Assembly: GCF_028641065.1 (NCBI RefSeq)
Contig: NC_073404.1
Coordinates: 26,908,001-26,972,000, forward strand
Length of the DNA stretch: 64,000 nucleotides
Origin: Leucoraja erinacea
Lineage: Eukaryota
Direction: 5' to 3'
Shown: piece by piece, positions 40,606-53,402 of the stretch
Layout: each line of letters starts with the position of its first letter
How positions within the stretch are numbered: the first letter of the stretch is position 1
Notes under the pieces: model-generated
Database searches by the model: none
Told to the model about the DNA's origin: nothing
Seen by the model: only the letters and a program-made list of their open reading frames with translations
Position numbers and translations under genes: made by a program

Positions 40606-41119
40606 GGTACATGCAGCCCAATATATATCATCCAGAAAAAAAACAAATCACATCTAAAAAAAAATTTGGGATGCTAATTCAAAATCATCCAACATAAACA
40701 GCGATTTCCTTTTGCAAAATCGAGATTGAAAAATATTTCTGCGATTAATGTGCTTCGGTGTGCTTTCCATTCACATTTCCCCACCCACACTGGAGAACCA
40801 CATCTTCCTCTTTTTTACACCCACGGGCTTCCCCCTGCTTTGTGGGTATGTCTCATCTTCCACAACCACTCCCTCCGCCTGTCTACCCTTCATGCAATCA
40901 ACTCTCACTTCCCCAATCTGCCGGTCTCTCTCAAATCTTCACAATATCTCTTTCTGAATCATCCACTCACTGCTCAGTTCACAGAAATTTGCACCTCTAT
41001 TTTTTATTTTTACTACCTCTTGCCAACTAATTTCCCAATTTTCTCAGGACCACGGTTAATGCCCCCATTCCAATCACTTGGCTATTTCCCCCCCATGTAA
41101 TTAATAGTACTGCCATCTT

Positions 41120-41830
41120 ATTATTCCAAGAGATCTGGGAGTCCTTGTTTATCAGTCACTGAAGGCAAGCATGCAGGTACAGCAGGCAGTGAAAAAAAGC
41201 TATTGGCATGTTGGCCTTCATAACAAGAGGAGTTGAGTAGAGGAGCAAAGAGGTCATTCTGCAGTTGTACAGGGTCCCAGTGACACCACACCTGGAGTAT
41301 TGTGTGCAGTTTTGGTCTCCAAATTTGAGGAAGGACATTCTTGCTGTTGAGGGAGTGCAGCATAGGTTAATTCCCAGGATGGCAGGACTGTCATATGTTG
41401 ATAGAATGGAGCGACTGGCTTGTATACACTGCTTTTTAGAAGGATGAGAGGGATTCTTATTGAGACACAAGATTATTAAGGGATTGGACATACTAGAGGC
41501 AGGAAACATGTTCTCAATGTTGGGGGAGGCCAGAACCAGGGGCCAAAGTTTAAGAATAAGGGGTAAGCCATTTAGAACAGAGATGAGGAAAAACTTTCAC
41601 CCAGAGCGTTGTGAATCTCTGGAATTCTCTGCCTCAGAATGCAGTGGAGAACAATTTTCTGGATACTTTCAAGAGGGAGTTAAATAGAGCGCTTAAAGAT
41701 AGCGGAGTCAGGGGATATGGGGAGAAGGCAGGAACGGGGTACTGATTGAGGATGATTAGCCATGATCACAGTGATTGGCGGTGCTGGCTCGAAGGGCCGA
41801 ATGGCCTACTCCTGCACCTATTGTCTATTG
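41120..41830 (+). mobile_element. CR1-type LINE 3' fragment
   Basis: [31 protein letters not shown] and HKIIKGLD..GEARTRGQSLRIRG; CR1 3' tail. Confidence 0.92.
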
Positions 41831-42464
41831 AAATTGCATTCTATCCCTCTTCTCCCAATTTTGCAGAACATCAAACAATGCATCAGTGTTGTCTTCTTTG
41901 TCTGCCATTCTTTCCTAAACAATGTGCTGATCCATGGCCAGTTCCAGCTTCAAGCCAATTGTCACATTGCTCAACTAGCCTCCACTTTTGCAACACCTTC
42001 ATATCAAGCACTATGATCATTTATCACAAGCTTCCAACTAACCAATGCACCATTCACAATCAAAACTTTGCAAGAGTAAAAGCAGCATTAGACAAAAGAG
42101 TCTTTAAACTTAGAAAGGGAGGCTAGAACTAGGGGACATATTCTCAGGATAAGGGGTCAGCCATTTATAACTAAAAAAATAAATATTGTCTTTATACAGA
42201 TGATCTTAGGGATTTGGATATCAGAGAGCTGATCATGGAGTTTGGAGTTTTTCAAACTGAGATTAACAAGTTTCAAATTCCAAGAAAATCAGAAAGGTAT
42301 ACAAATTTGCAGTGCATGCTCAGTCAAGATTTTTATTGAACAATAGAACAGGCTTTAAGGGCTTATTTGGCTAAATATTCCTTCTACTTCTTATGTCCAT
42401 GCACTTTAATATCCACTTTCAATAGTTTGAATTCTCTCCCTCACCTGAACTGCATCCAAACTTT

Positions 42465-42612
42465 GCCCCTAGTGTATTAGGATAGCGTTCCAAATTGTCC
42501 CTAGTGTAGAGGATAGTGTTAGTGTACGGGGTGATCGCTGGTTGGCACGGACTCGGTGGGCCAAAGCCCCTGTTTCCGCGCTGTATCTCTAAAGTTTAAA
42601 GTCTAAAGTAAA
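42465..42612 (+). mobile_element. HE1-like SINE 3' half
   Basis: aaattgtccctagtg...gatcgctggttggcacggactcggtgggcc...ccctgtttccgcgctgtatctctaaag with (TCTAAAG)-like tail. Confidence 0.75.
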
Positions 42613-43840
42613 GTCTTAAAAAGTGTAAAGTTCCTTCAGCCCTCTGAGTTTGTCATAATAACAGTTACGATCTCAGAAATTATGAAAATATGCTCCTGAT
42701 AATTATTCGATATAATTAAATTCCTGCACTTAAATCACAAGAGATACATGTTAGAGCAACTGAGCACATTCAAAATCGTGAAATTTTATAAAGTTATCGA
42801 CATAAAGTTAATCATTTCATTTTTGAGAAAAGATTAAGAATAACAAAGGCAACACCTAGTTAAACAGATTTTTTTTTTTTTAAAGAAACAACTCCTAAGA
42901 CAGAGCATTAAACTTTGTTAAATGGAAGTTGGCTTTAAGTACATTATCAGAGTGCCTGATGAAATAACAATCCATGCAAGAATGTGTTTGACCAACATGG
43001 CTTGGGATAAACATTAAATGTGATGATACAAATTTCACCAATATGCACCATCACAAAAATATAAACCTATTATTGACATAAGATAGCACACTCCCTCCCA
43101 ATAATAAAGGCAGTTACCTCTTTCAAGTACAATGACAAGGTCAGCAAGCCTCGCATGGAAATACACCAAAACTATCCCATTTATAGTCTCTAGAACCTGG
43201 AAATTTAGATTGGTTTATAATTGTTAAATGTTCTAAGAGCTCCACTATTAATGAAAAACTAGCATTTATTTGCACATCCACTAGCTTGAATGCCTGAAAG
43301 AATTCTTAACTGGCTTGTCTGTAGCCGAAAACAAGAGATCATTGTATCAAACATTTCAGCTTAAATCGCTATCCTATTCAGTAACAATTATGAATAGGTT
43401 ATACATTTACTAACCTACAAAGAAAATGTTTAAGTACATTTGAGAGGCTGCATGGGAATCTCTTGGGAAGGGTGAGATAAGTGGAAAGAAAATTGCTTTT
43501 CAAAAGAAAAAAGATTAAAAAGGAGTAAACACCATATTCTTCAAATAAACTGAATTTGAGAGTCTGGAACGATCTTGTGGAGTATCTCACTAATACTTAA
43601 TCAAGAATATTGTGAGGAGAACATCCGCTGTTATAATGGAAGGAGCCAAACATGAAATGCTTGAGCTCTTACATTAACAAATACAGAGACTGAAGTCAGC
43701 AACACCCTGCTCCTCCTCTACAATCTGCACTAAAACAACCATTTCAGCTGCTGAACATTTCTACCGTTTTACAACCATTCTGACTGTAAAACCGCCAGAA
43801 AATCCAATCTTGCTGCACAGAAGTGCATTTGAATGTTTAA

Positions 43841-44141
43841 GAAGGAACTGCCGATGCTGGAAAATCGAAGGTACACAAAAATGCTTGAGAAACTCAGCGG
43901 GTGCAGCAGCATCCATGGAGCGAAGGAAATAGGCAACATTTTGGGCCGAAACCTTTCTTCAGACTGATCGGGGGGTGGGGAGAGGCCGGGAGAAGAAAGG
44001 AAAAAGGAGGAGGAGGAGCCCAAGGGCTGAGGGAGAGGTAGGAAGGGGAGGAGACAGCAAGGGCTAACAAAATTGTGAGAATTCAATGTTCATGCCACCA
44101 GGATGCATCTGAGGTGCTGTTCCTCCAATTTCCGGTGTTGC
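43841..44141 (-). mobile_element. 5'-truncated Penelope-like insertion with 11-bp flanking duplication
   Basis: Minus strand encodes RKLEEQHL and GMNIEFSQF, then CTGAAGA-AAGGTTTCGGCCC-AAAA (mutated hammerhead) and the terminal repeat; TGAATGTTTAA at 43830-43840 and 44142-44152. Confidence 0.82.
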
Positions 44142-44837
44142 TGAATGTTTAATCTGTCAAAGCTCCAATTACCAATTAAAAACCTCTGGTTATAAAAGAC
44201 GTACATTTTAACAGATTTAAATTATAATTTGTTCAAAGTTGAATGATTTTTACAATAGTTGAGAATTATCGATATATACTATCAAAAGTCTTGTCTTGTT
44301 TGACTGTCTGTCTGTGAGATCACGGAACTACACCAAAACGGTACACACTAGCGCAAAATTTGTTGCAGAATCTTACTCAGCTTTTACCCGTGATTGTTAG
44401 TATCAAGTTTCTTCACATTTGGTGTTATATTTCATGTTATTAATATTTAAAGTTTAAAAAAAGCCAACTTTGAAAATAATAACTGTCTGTGAGTGGGACT
44501 TTTCCAGCAGCTTCTAGTGATTTTGTCACAATGGCATCTCACAGTCTTCCATTACAGAAGCTGTGAGAGTTGACGGAGTGGGGGATGGGAGGAGAAGAAA
44601 TGTTATTTAAACATTGTCTTTAAACATGGGCGGAGCACCAAGGCAAATTCCTTGTATGTGAATACTTGGCCAATAAACTTACTTACTTACTTTAGTGGGG
44701 GGAGTGCGGAAGGGGAGAGGTGAGCGAGGGAGTGACTGAGGGAAGGGAAAAGGAGAGGGAGGGAGAGGTGACAGAGAGACAATGGGATCAGCAGCATCAA
44801 GGGGAGTAAGGAGAGAGTGAGATTTTTTGCCTGCACC

Positions 44838-44935
44838 TCTTGACTCTCCTAGTCTCTCTTCAAAGTTGTATGATGTTCCACTAACCAAATTGATTTCTTG
44901 ACTCTCCTAGTCTCTCTTCAAAGTTGTATGATGTT
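44838..44935 (+). repeat. Perfect 40-bp direct repeat with 18-bp spacer
   Basis: TCTTGACTCTCCTAGTCTCTCTTCAAAGTTGTATGATGTT at 44838-44877 and 44896-44935. Confidence 0.9.
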
Positions 44936-46259
44936 ACAGCCTCTCTTCTCTTCCACTTTATACTGTTTTTCCTTCTTTGCAGCCTTCTTTTCATTCTCCA
45001 AAGCTTTAATCCTCACTGCCCAGTTTCCAATGCTCATTTTCAACTGGCTAGCATTTTCAAATGTTTAGATTTGTTCGTATTTTTGGATTTATTTTTATCG
45101 TCATTGTTACACATATAGCAGACCTATAATGACCTCCAAATGATTCAAATATCCCTCAGATACCCTCCGTAATGATCCTCACCTCAAGTGATCTGTAATA
45201 ACAGACTTCAATTCCCACTATCCTACAGTAGCATGCCAATAGTAGATCAATATCCTTTTACAATCTGGATCTAATCTTGTTTTATGCACCAGAAGTCCTT
45301 CAATGTCTAAGGTTCTTTACCAATTCAACTTCAATCAGAAGTTCCATCATTAGAACAAAATTTCCACATATGGTCGTGCATATCAGAAAGCATGTATTAA
45401 CATAAATATTGTTTACTCTGCAGCCTGTCTGATGTCCTGCATCCTGATTATTTTTATTTATAAAGCTCTGCCTAATCCAGATTTTCCAGAAGGTTACGAG
45501 CACGAGGGGGGGGGGGATGGGGGGGGGGGGGGGGGGAATCTCTTTACTAATAAAACATTGCAATGAATTGACCATTGTTTGAGATCTCTGCAAAACAAGT
45601 GCCCATCCCACATATTGAATAACTCCCATCTAAATCATAATTACATGAAAATAGAACAGTTGAAAATTGCAGCCCATGGAGCTATTAATGAAAAGCAACA
45701 GCATTCAGAATTTTAGCTTTTTGACCCTTACCTCAAAGCCCAGATACCCAAATTATTGATTGTTGACGTTTTCCCTCGCATCTAGCCAAAGTCATGATGA
45801 GCATTTATAGTTCTTTCAAAGTTGTCGTTTGCAATATTTTCCTTTCTAGCAATCTTTTGCTCAAAACACAAATTCCTTTGTGGGACTTCATTAAAAAATT
45901 GCAAGGATTTCAGAAATGTAACTAATTCAGGCTATGCAGAAATCTGTATTCAAATTAAAATGCCTTGCATAATTTTTGTATCAATAAGATTACAATTATA
46001 CATGTCGAAAGCATTCTTTCTTTAGATGGACATCTTTAGATGGCCAAAGCATTGTTAAAATATTTGAAAATGTTCCGCAGTTTAAGGTGGTGGCTCATTA
46101 CCGCCCTGAGGGAGTTAGATGTGGACAACATTCAGATTCCCAAATCAACGTTTTTTTCAAGAGAAAGTGTGTTTTTTCGGTAAACTACGATTAACAGGTA
46201 TTACATAAAAATTTGAATAAAAATCCAAAATCTATTTTTCTAATGAGACTTTTTCAAAT

Positions 46260-47250
46260 CTGAATGTTGCCAGTAAACGTAACATTTATTGTCCAATTCT
46301 AACTGCATTCAGTGTGTTAATAAGCCACCACTTGAACTGCAGTAGTCCTTCAAATATTCTAACAATGCTTTTGAGAGAGATCTTCAAGTTTCAGACCACG
46401 CAATGCCGATAAAATTCCCGATCAACATGGTCTGCATCACAGAAGAGAACAGATAGGGTTCAAATGTGCCTGAAGCCTTTGTCCTCTGATAGCACTGGTC
46501 AAGATTTCAGAGAGCGCTAATGAAATACCCACATAATTGCACCGTATTTTGTTAGACTTGGCCATGTATGTGGCCATTATATGCTAGAGGTGGGATGTGT
46601 GAATATTTAGTTTAGTAAATTAGATCCTAATCAAGCTGTTTATTTTGTGGTAGCTGGAGAAAATCTTCTTGCATCTTATTGGAGCGCCATTTATACAAGC
46701 AGTTGGAATGTATTCCATAATCACTCAACTTCAGACTTGTCAACAATGGAAAGTTTTCAGCCGCTGGGAGTCGAGTCACTTGTCACAGGATACTCAGTCC
46801 CACACATGCTCTTGTAGTCATGGCAGTTACGTGCAGTTATGTACCTGTCCAATTAGGTTCCTGGTCAATGGTGGCCCTAGATGTTGAATGTGATAATGGC
46901 AATACCATTGAATGTTCAAGGGTAGATGGATAGACATTCTTGTTAGAAAGATAGTAATTGCCTGGTACTTAATAAGCACAGACATTACTTTGCACTTAAC
47001 AGCCCATGCCATCTGACTCTTGACACAAATTCCTTAAAGAGCAGTCATGGCAACTTGACACAAATTCCATTTGCAATCTATGAGCAAATGAAGTTAACAC
47101 GGTACAAAACGTCAGCACATTTCCACTTCTGACCACATTCACGAAATACACACCACTTCTTCCCATTAAATGCCATGACTGCTCTTTAAGGAACTGGGGT
47201 TGACCCAATGATTTCCAGAGTCTGCTACAGCCACCCAATGCTACATTAAT
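46260..47250 (-). mobile_element. Old CR1-group LINE RT fragment
   Basis: Minus ORF MAWAVKCKV..YQAITI..HLPLNI..LGPPLTRNL resembles the RT thumb region; related plus-strand piece at ~35800-35970. Confidence 0.5.
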
Positions 47251-47479
47251 GAAAGCATTGCGTTTTATTTTTGCAAACTCGTTTCAGCACAAGTTCAAAC
47301 GTAGATGAAACCGAGCAAGTTACAGATAATTAAACATTCACTGGTTGAGTGGTAGAGTTGGCTAGATTTTATTTCTCCTGCTTATGGTAGACAAATACTT
47401 CAGGGATGATAGAAATGTCTCCACTTGACAGCAATTGCCAGACAATGGCAATAATGAGCCCTGGTAAATCGGAAGCCAA

Positions 47480-47965
47480 TAGTCATGCATCATACAGCAT
47501 GGCTGCAGGCTCTTCAGCCCAACTCGTCCATGCTAATCTAAATGCCCATCTAGGCCAGTCCCATTTTCCCATGACTCATCCATAATCCCTCAATCTTTCC
47601 TATCATGTACCTCTCCAAATGCATTAAGTGTTGTTACTGTACCTGTCTTAACTACTTCCTCTGGCAGTTCATGCCACATTTGTAGCACCTTCTGTGTGAG
47701 AAAAGTCCCACTCAAGATTCCAATTACAACTTTTCGTTCTCACCTTAATCCTATGCTCTCCAATTCGCGATTCCCCTACACGAAGAAAGAAAAACGGTGT
47801 GCATTCATCCCTTTTATGCCCCTTATGATTTTATACACCTCGAAGATCATCACTCAAGGAATAAAGTCCAATCTTGCCCTACTTCACCCTATAGCCCAAT
47901 CACTCGAGTTTTGCCAACATTTTCGTGAATCTTTTCTGCACACTTTCCAGCTTAATGCTATCTTT
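47480..47965 (-). mobile_element. CR1/HER1-type LINE 3' fragment
   Basis: Collinear with 13348-13810. Confidence 0.75.
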
Positions 47966-49064
47966 CTTAGAAGCCAAGAACTCCAATCGAACGGGAAAAC
48001 AATACCCCTTCCACAAAACTACATTGATTTTGCCTGATTACCGTGAACATTTTTGTGCCAGCTGTCGTCTTTAATAATTGCTGCATTTTCTTTATGACAG
48101 ATGTTAAATTAACTGGCCTATAGATTCCTGCTTTGCCTCTCCCTCCTTTTGTACATGAATGGGATGACATTTTCCATTTTCCAATCAGAGGAAATTTTCC
48201 CTGAATCGAGGAAAATTTGGAAAATCTAAACTAATACATCAATTATCTACCAGACTCTTCTTTCAAGTTCCTGGAATGAGGTCCAATAGGACTGAGAAAC
48301 TTGCCATCCTGCAGTACCAACAGTTTCTGCACTGCCACTTCCCAGGGTAATGAGAATCAAACCCATTTCCTCCTCCCTTCCTCCCAATTTACAGCCATGC
48401 CTTGGATGTTACTTTGTTTTCCATAGGGAAGATTGATCCAAAATGAGCACAGGGTTCATCCGAGTGCCTCCCGTCTAGCCTCTCATCTTCCATCTTATCC
48501 ACTTATCCAAAGGCTCGTTGCCAGTAACTTGTTCTTCAAAACTGTTTTTTGATCTAATCTGGCCTTACCCAACAATGCTGTATTTGCCAGTAACCCACAG
48601 TTGAATATGAAATTGTTAATTAACAAATTCTCATTGTTGCTCTCCAACTGGGTCAGTAACTGTGCAAGGGGCAGATGGAGTCAATGTGCTTCAGAGTAGC
48701 CTTGTTAACTAAACGTAACTCCTCCGGTTCCTGCAGTCTCCTACTCTTCACAAAACATAGCAGAAACATGCTCATCGACAAAGTAAATTTCTCCAAGCCA
48801 TTTAATCAGCGAATAAATTAAATCCATCACTAAATGGAATATGTTCAAAAGTATTCTATGAAAATGTTATTGATTTACGTTGAAAGAGCATGAAAACGTA
48901 TGTGCGGATCAGTTTAAAAAATAAATAGGTTTCAGTCATAAACATTAGAACTCTAAGACATTATCAAAATCTTGGACAAAGACTATCGAGGAAATGATCG
49001 CATAAAATTTTAACAATATTTAATAACTTTCAGAGAACCAAATCATTTAAGATTTAGTTTAATT

Positions 49065-50350
49065 TTTTAGTTTAATTTAGTTTATTGTCATGCGTACTGA
49101 GGTATAGTCAAAAGCTTTTTGTAGCGTGCTTTCAGGTCAAAGAAAAGACTATACATGATTACAATCAAGCCATCCAGTGTACTGATAAAGGATAAAGGGT
49201 ACAACATTTAAAAGTGGAAGATAAAGTCCAATTGCAGGTTTCAAAGGTCTCCAGTGAGGTAGGTTTGAGGTCAGGACCACACTCTAGCTGGTGAGAAGAT
49301 GGTTCAGTTGCCCGCTAATAGCCGGGAAGAAACTCTCCCCAAACCTGGAGGTGCATGTTCAAGCTTCTGTACCTCTTGCCCGATGGGAAGTGAGAAGGAG
49401 TGATTGGGGTAAGACTGATCCTTGATTATGTTGGTGGCCTTGCTGAGGCAGTGTGAAGTACAGATGGTGTCATTGGAAGGGAGAACAGGTTGCGTGATTG
49501 CACAGGCCAAGTTCACAACTCTCTGCAATTTCTTACGTTCTTGGATGGAGCTATTCCTACACCTTATGGTGATTTGACAAGCCAAACTTCCTAAGCCTTC
49601 TAAGGAAGTAAAGGCATTGCCGTGCTTCTTGGCCATTGCTTCAATGAGGCTGGTCCAGGACAAATTACATGATATTTACTCCTTAAGAACTCGAAGACTT
49701 TGACCATCTCGACTTTCGTGCCATCAATGTATACTGGGGCCATTGCAATGCTTCACTTCCTTAAGCCAATCACAATCTCCTTTGTCTGGCTGACATTGGG
49801 GGAGAGATTGTCGTCTTGGCACCAGGTTATGAGGTTCTCAATCTATTTGACATCCGGTCCATTACAGTGATCTCATCTGTCAACTTGTAAATAGAGTTGG
49901 AATGGCATTTGGATGCACAGTCGTGAGTGTATAAGGAGTACAATAAGAGGCTGAGAACACATGCTTGCAGGGCACCGGTGTTGAGGATTACAGTAGAGGA
50001 TTATTTGTCACCTTTCCTCACTGATTGACGTCTGTTGGTCAGGAAGTCGAGGATCCAGTTGCAGAGGGGATCTCCCACGTTCCACGGGTTTGGAGACGAG
50101 CTTGGGGTCGGATAATGGTATTGAAAGCAGAGCTGTAATTTATGAATAGGGGTCTGACATAGGTGTCCTTCTTATCCAGGTGTTCCAGGGATGAGTGTAG
50201 GGCCAGGGAGATAGCATCAGCCATTGAAATATTGTGGCGATAGGTGAAATGTAATGGATCAGTCTGCTTGGTAGGCTGGATTTAATGCGTGCTATAACCA
50301 CTCTCGAAGCACTTCTTGGATATCAAGACCATTGAAGGGTTTCATTAAGG
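49065..50350 (-). mobile_element. Rex1/Babar-like LINE, RT region and 3' tail
   Basis: [37 protein letters not shown] and QERKKLQRVVNLA..SHCLSKATNIIKDQSYP; (TAAAC)n-like tail at the left end. Confidence 0.75.
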
Positions 50351-50533
50351 CACGAGATCTTGGGCATATGGAATTAATGGACTCCACGTTATCTTAATGG
50401 AAAGAATATGGTTATAAATAGATTAAAAATACTGGGGTGGAAACACGAGATGGCCCATTGAGCCACTAAATTCTTACAAGAAAATTCTTAGCTATGCTAC
50501 CTGCAATTATCCTAAATATGATCCAAGTTATCT

Positions 50534-50999
50534 AAGTTAGATATAACAATCAAACAGTTAGTTGAATGGGAGAACCTATACAGGGAAAACAATGGTTTTG
50601 AAAATGGGAAGAGAATTTAAAGTTAAAGTTGATAATTTTGATCAACTATCTTTTCTACTTCACTCAGGAAACAGATTTTAAAATTGTGGTGTGTTTACTT
50701 TTCCATATCACCTCGTAATTGTCTCACTACTTACCTGTTTGTTTACCAAGGTAAACAGATAGCTGGCAGTGGGAGAAGGAACTGATTTGCAAATACAAAC
50801 ACGTCAGACAAACAAGTGAAAAAATTATTAGGTGATGCTGAAAAAGAAAACAAACCCTATTTTTAAATCGGTTTCCCAAGTGAAAGTTGAATAAGTGGTT
50901 AAACATGATCAACTCCCACTTAAAATCAGTTTTGCTTTTCCCTGTATAGGTTCTTTCAATTCACTGAACTACTGCACTTTCAAAATTGTGATCTAACTT
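50534..50999. repeat. Old long imperfect palindrome (probable ancient MITE)
   Basis: Ends aagttagat / atctaactt; exact 19-bp inverted pair at 50571-50589 and 50936-50954; further interrupted complementarity toward the centre. Confidence 0.75.
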
Positions 51000-51374
51000 C
51001 TGTCCCTCAACTTACCATAACATTTATAGTCACCAGCACTCTTGCTTCTTATTGAAAAAAGTAACACGCTCACACTCCAAACACTTCCTTAGTACAGTGC
51101 AGAATCAAAGCACTGCAGATGCTGGTTAATACACAAAAGGACACAAAGTGCCGGAGTAACTCCGTAGGTCAGGCAGAATGTCTGGAGAACACAGACAGGC
51201 GACGCTTTGGATTGAGTCCCTTCTTCAATGAATTACAGCGATCAGTGAATACAGTGCTCTCAATACAGATATTAAAGATATGGAGGAAAATCAGTTTAGT
51301 CATGCAATGCCTGATCAATTGCACCAACAAACTTTGCTCTCATGTCAATTTATAGTCATCATTCTGGACCAAAT

Positions 51375-51720
51375 AGATAGAATCATAGAACGTGGAAACA
51401 GGCCCTTCGGCCCAACTTAACAATGCTGACCAAAATGCCCCATCCACACTATTCCCGCCTATTCGCTTGGAACATATCCCTCTAAACCTTTCCTATCCAT
51501 GTACCTGTCCAAATGTATTTTAAATGTTGTTATAAACCCACCCCAGCTACCTTCTCTGGTTGCTGATTCCATGAACCCACCCCAGCTACCTTCTCTGGCT
51601 GCTGATTCCATGAACCCACCCCCCTCTGTATGAAGGTTGCCTCTTGGGTTCCTATTACATAACTCCCCTCTCACCTTAAACTCATCCTTCGATTCATAGT
51701 TCCTCTACTCTGGGCAAAAA
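51375..51720 (-). mobile_element. CR1/HER1 3' fragment containing a 39-bp tandem duplication
   Basis: Minus ORF ..FKIHLDRYMDRKGLEGY; unit AACCCACCCCAGCTACCTTCTCTGG(T/C)TGCTGATTCCATG repeated about 2.2 times at 51535-51622. Confidence 0.85.
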
Positions 51721-51729
51721 AAACCCTAC

Positions 51730-52075
51730 TCTGCGTTGGAACGGAGGAACACAATCAGCGGCTTGGAGTTTCCAAATCAGCCGCTTCTTACCGGAGACCA
51801 CGGCTTCCAAAGTCCACAGGCCCCACTGGACGGAGCTCCAACACTGGCGATCCTCGGCAAAAGGTCCCAGGCCTCCACGGTGTTAAAGTCAGCATCGCGC
51901 CGTGGCTAGAAGCTCCGCAGACCACAGCTCCACGATGTTAAAGTCAGCATGCCCCGCTGGACGGAGCTAAAACACTGGCAATCCTCGACAGGATCCCAGA
52001 TGGTAATTCAGCGCTGCACCTGTTGCTGAAGCTCTGGCTGGTCTCCGGTAGGAAGGGCCGCGCCAATCCAGTCCG
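51730..52075. repeat. Unclassified CpG-rich interspersed repeat, copy B
   Basis: Similar to 40160-40390, with an internal ~110-bp duplication. Confidence 0.7.
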
Positions 52076-52231
52076 GAATCAAGGGATATAGGGAGAAGGC
52101 AGGCACAGGTGACTGATTGTGAATGATCAGCCATGATCACAATGGCAGTGCTGGCTCGAAGGGCCAAATGGCTCCCTCCTGCACCTATTTTCTATGTTTT
52201 CTACCTCTTGCACACATGCAGAACTCATGGA

Positions 52232-52870
52232 CTTCAACTTCACCAATTTTCATCCTGCACTCAAATTTACTTGGACCATCTCCGACACCACCCTCCCCTT
52301 TTTTGATTGCACAGTCTCCATCTCAAGAAATTGACTATTGACCGACATCCATTATAAACCCACTGACTCCCACAACGATCTCGACTACACTTCATCCCAC
52401 CCTGCTTCCTGCAAGGACTCTATCCCCAACTCCCAATTCCTCAGTCTACACTGCATCTGCACCCAAGATGAGATGTTCCATACCAGAACATCCGAGATGT
52501 CTACATTCTTTAGGGAACGGGGTTTCCCTTTTCCATCTCCCATCATAGATGAGGCCCTCACTCACGTCTCCTCGGTACCCCTCAGCACTGCCCTTGTTCC
52601 CCCTCCCCCTAGTCACAACAAAGACAGAGTTTCCCTAGTCCTTGCCTCCGACTCAATCAGCCATCGCATACAACACATAATGCTCCAAAATTATCCCCAC
52701 CTCCAACGGGATCCCACCACTAGGCAGATTTTCCAATCACCACCCCTTTTGCCTTCTGCAGAGACCGTTCCCTCCACAACTCTCTGGTTAACTCATCCCT
52801 CCCCAACCAAACTACCCCCTCCTCGGGTACCCTCCCCAGCAACCGCAGAAGATGCAACACCTGTCCGTTC
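52232..52870 (+). mobile_element. Penelope-like element RT C-terminus/linker, decayed
   Basis: NFHPALKFTW..LPF, TDIHYKPTDSH..LDYTSSHPASCKDSIP.SQF, FRERGF, LQRDPTTRQIF, NRRRCNTCP; contains stops and frameshifts. Confidence 0.88.
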
Positions 52871-53402
52871 GGGGACCTCGTTGGGACAATTCGTGACCAA
52901 CAGATTAGTGCAGAATATTGGGGGTTCGAGTCCAACACCTGGGGCCCGTGTCACATTTAGCTCAGAGATAGTGCCCTTAGGCCCACCGAGTCCGCACCGA
53001 CCCGCACACTAATCCCACACACGCTAGGAATAATTTATAAATACCAAGCTTATCAACCTAGACTTAGGGTTACCTCCCGCACTCCAAAGGTTTGTATAAA
53101 TTGTCCCTAGCGTGTGTGGGATTGTGGGCGGGGGATCGCTGGTCACAGGCTGGGTCCACAAATGGGCTTGTTGGGGAAAGAGGGGGGGGAGGGGGGGGGG
53201 GGGGGGGGGGGTTGTGAAGGGGGAAGAGTGGGTGGGGGAAGGGAGGAGGGGGGGGGGTGGAGAAGGAGGGATGGAGGCAGGAGGGGGGTGGAGGGGAGAG
53301 TGGAGTTCAGTCTACACTCACAGAATCCTGAAGGAAGAAGGGAAGAAGCGGCTCAGGCACTCGACACCGCTGCAAATTGTTCTGTTGCTGTTGTTCCCTT
53401 AA

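Noticed and set aside
40086-40646. 186-aa minus ORF and overlapping 160-aa plus ORF
   Set aside because: Open frames arise from GC-rich repeat and PLE UTR sequence; no recognisable domain or splice structure.
52338-53012. Longest ORF (224 aa) as a nested gene
   Set aside because: It is a Penelope RT C-terminal fragment with an upstream stop and a frameshift into unrelated sequence.
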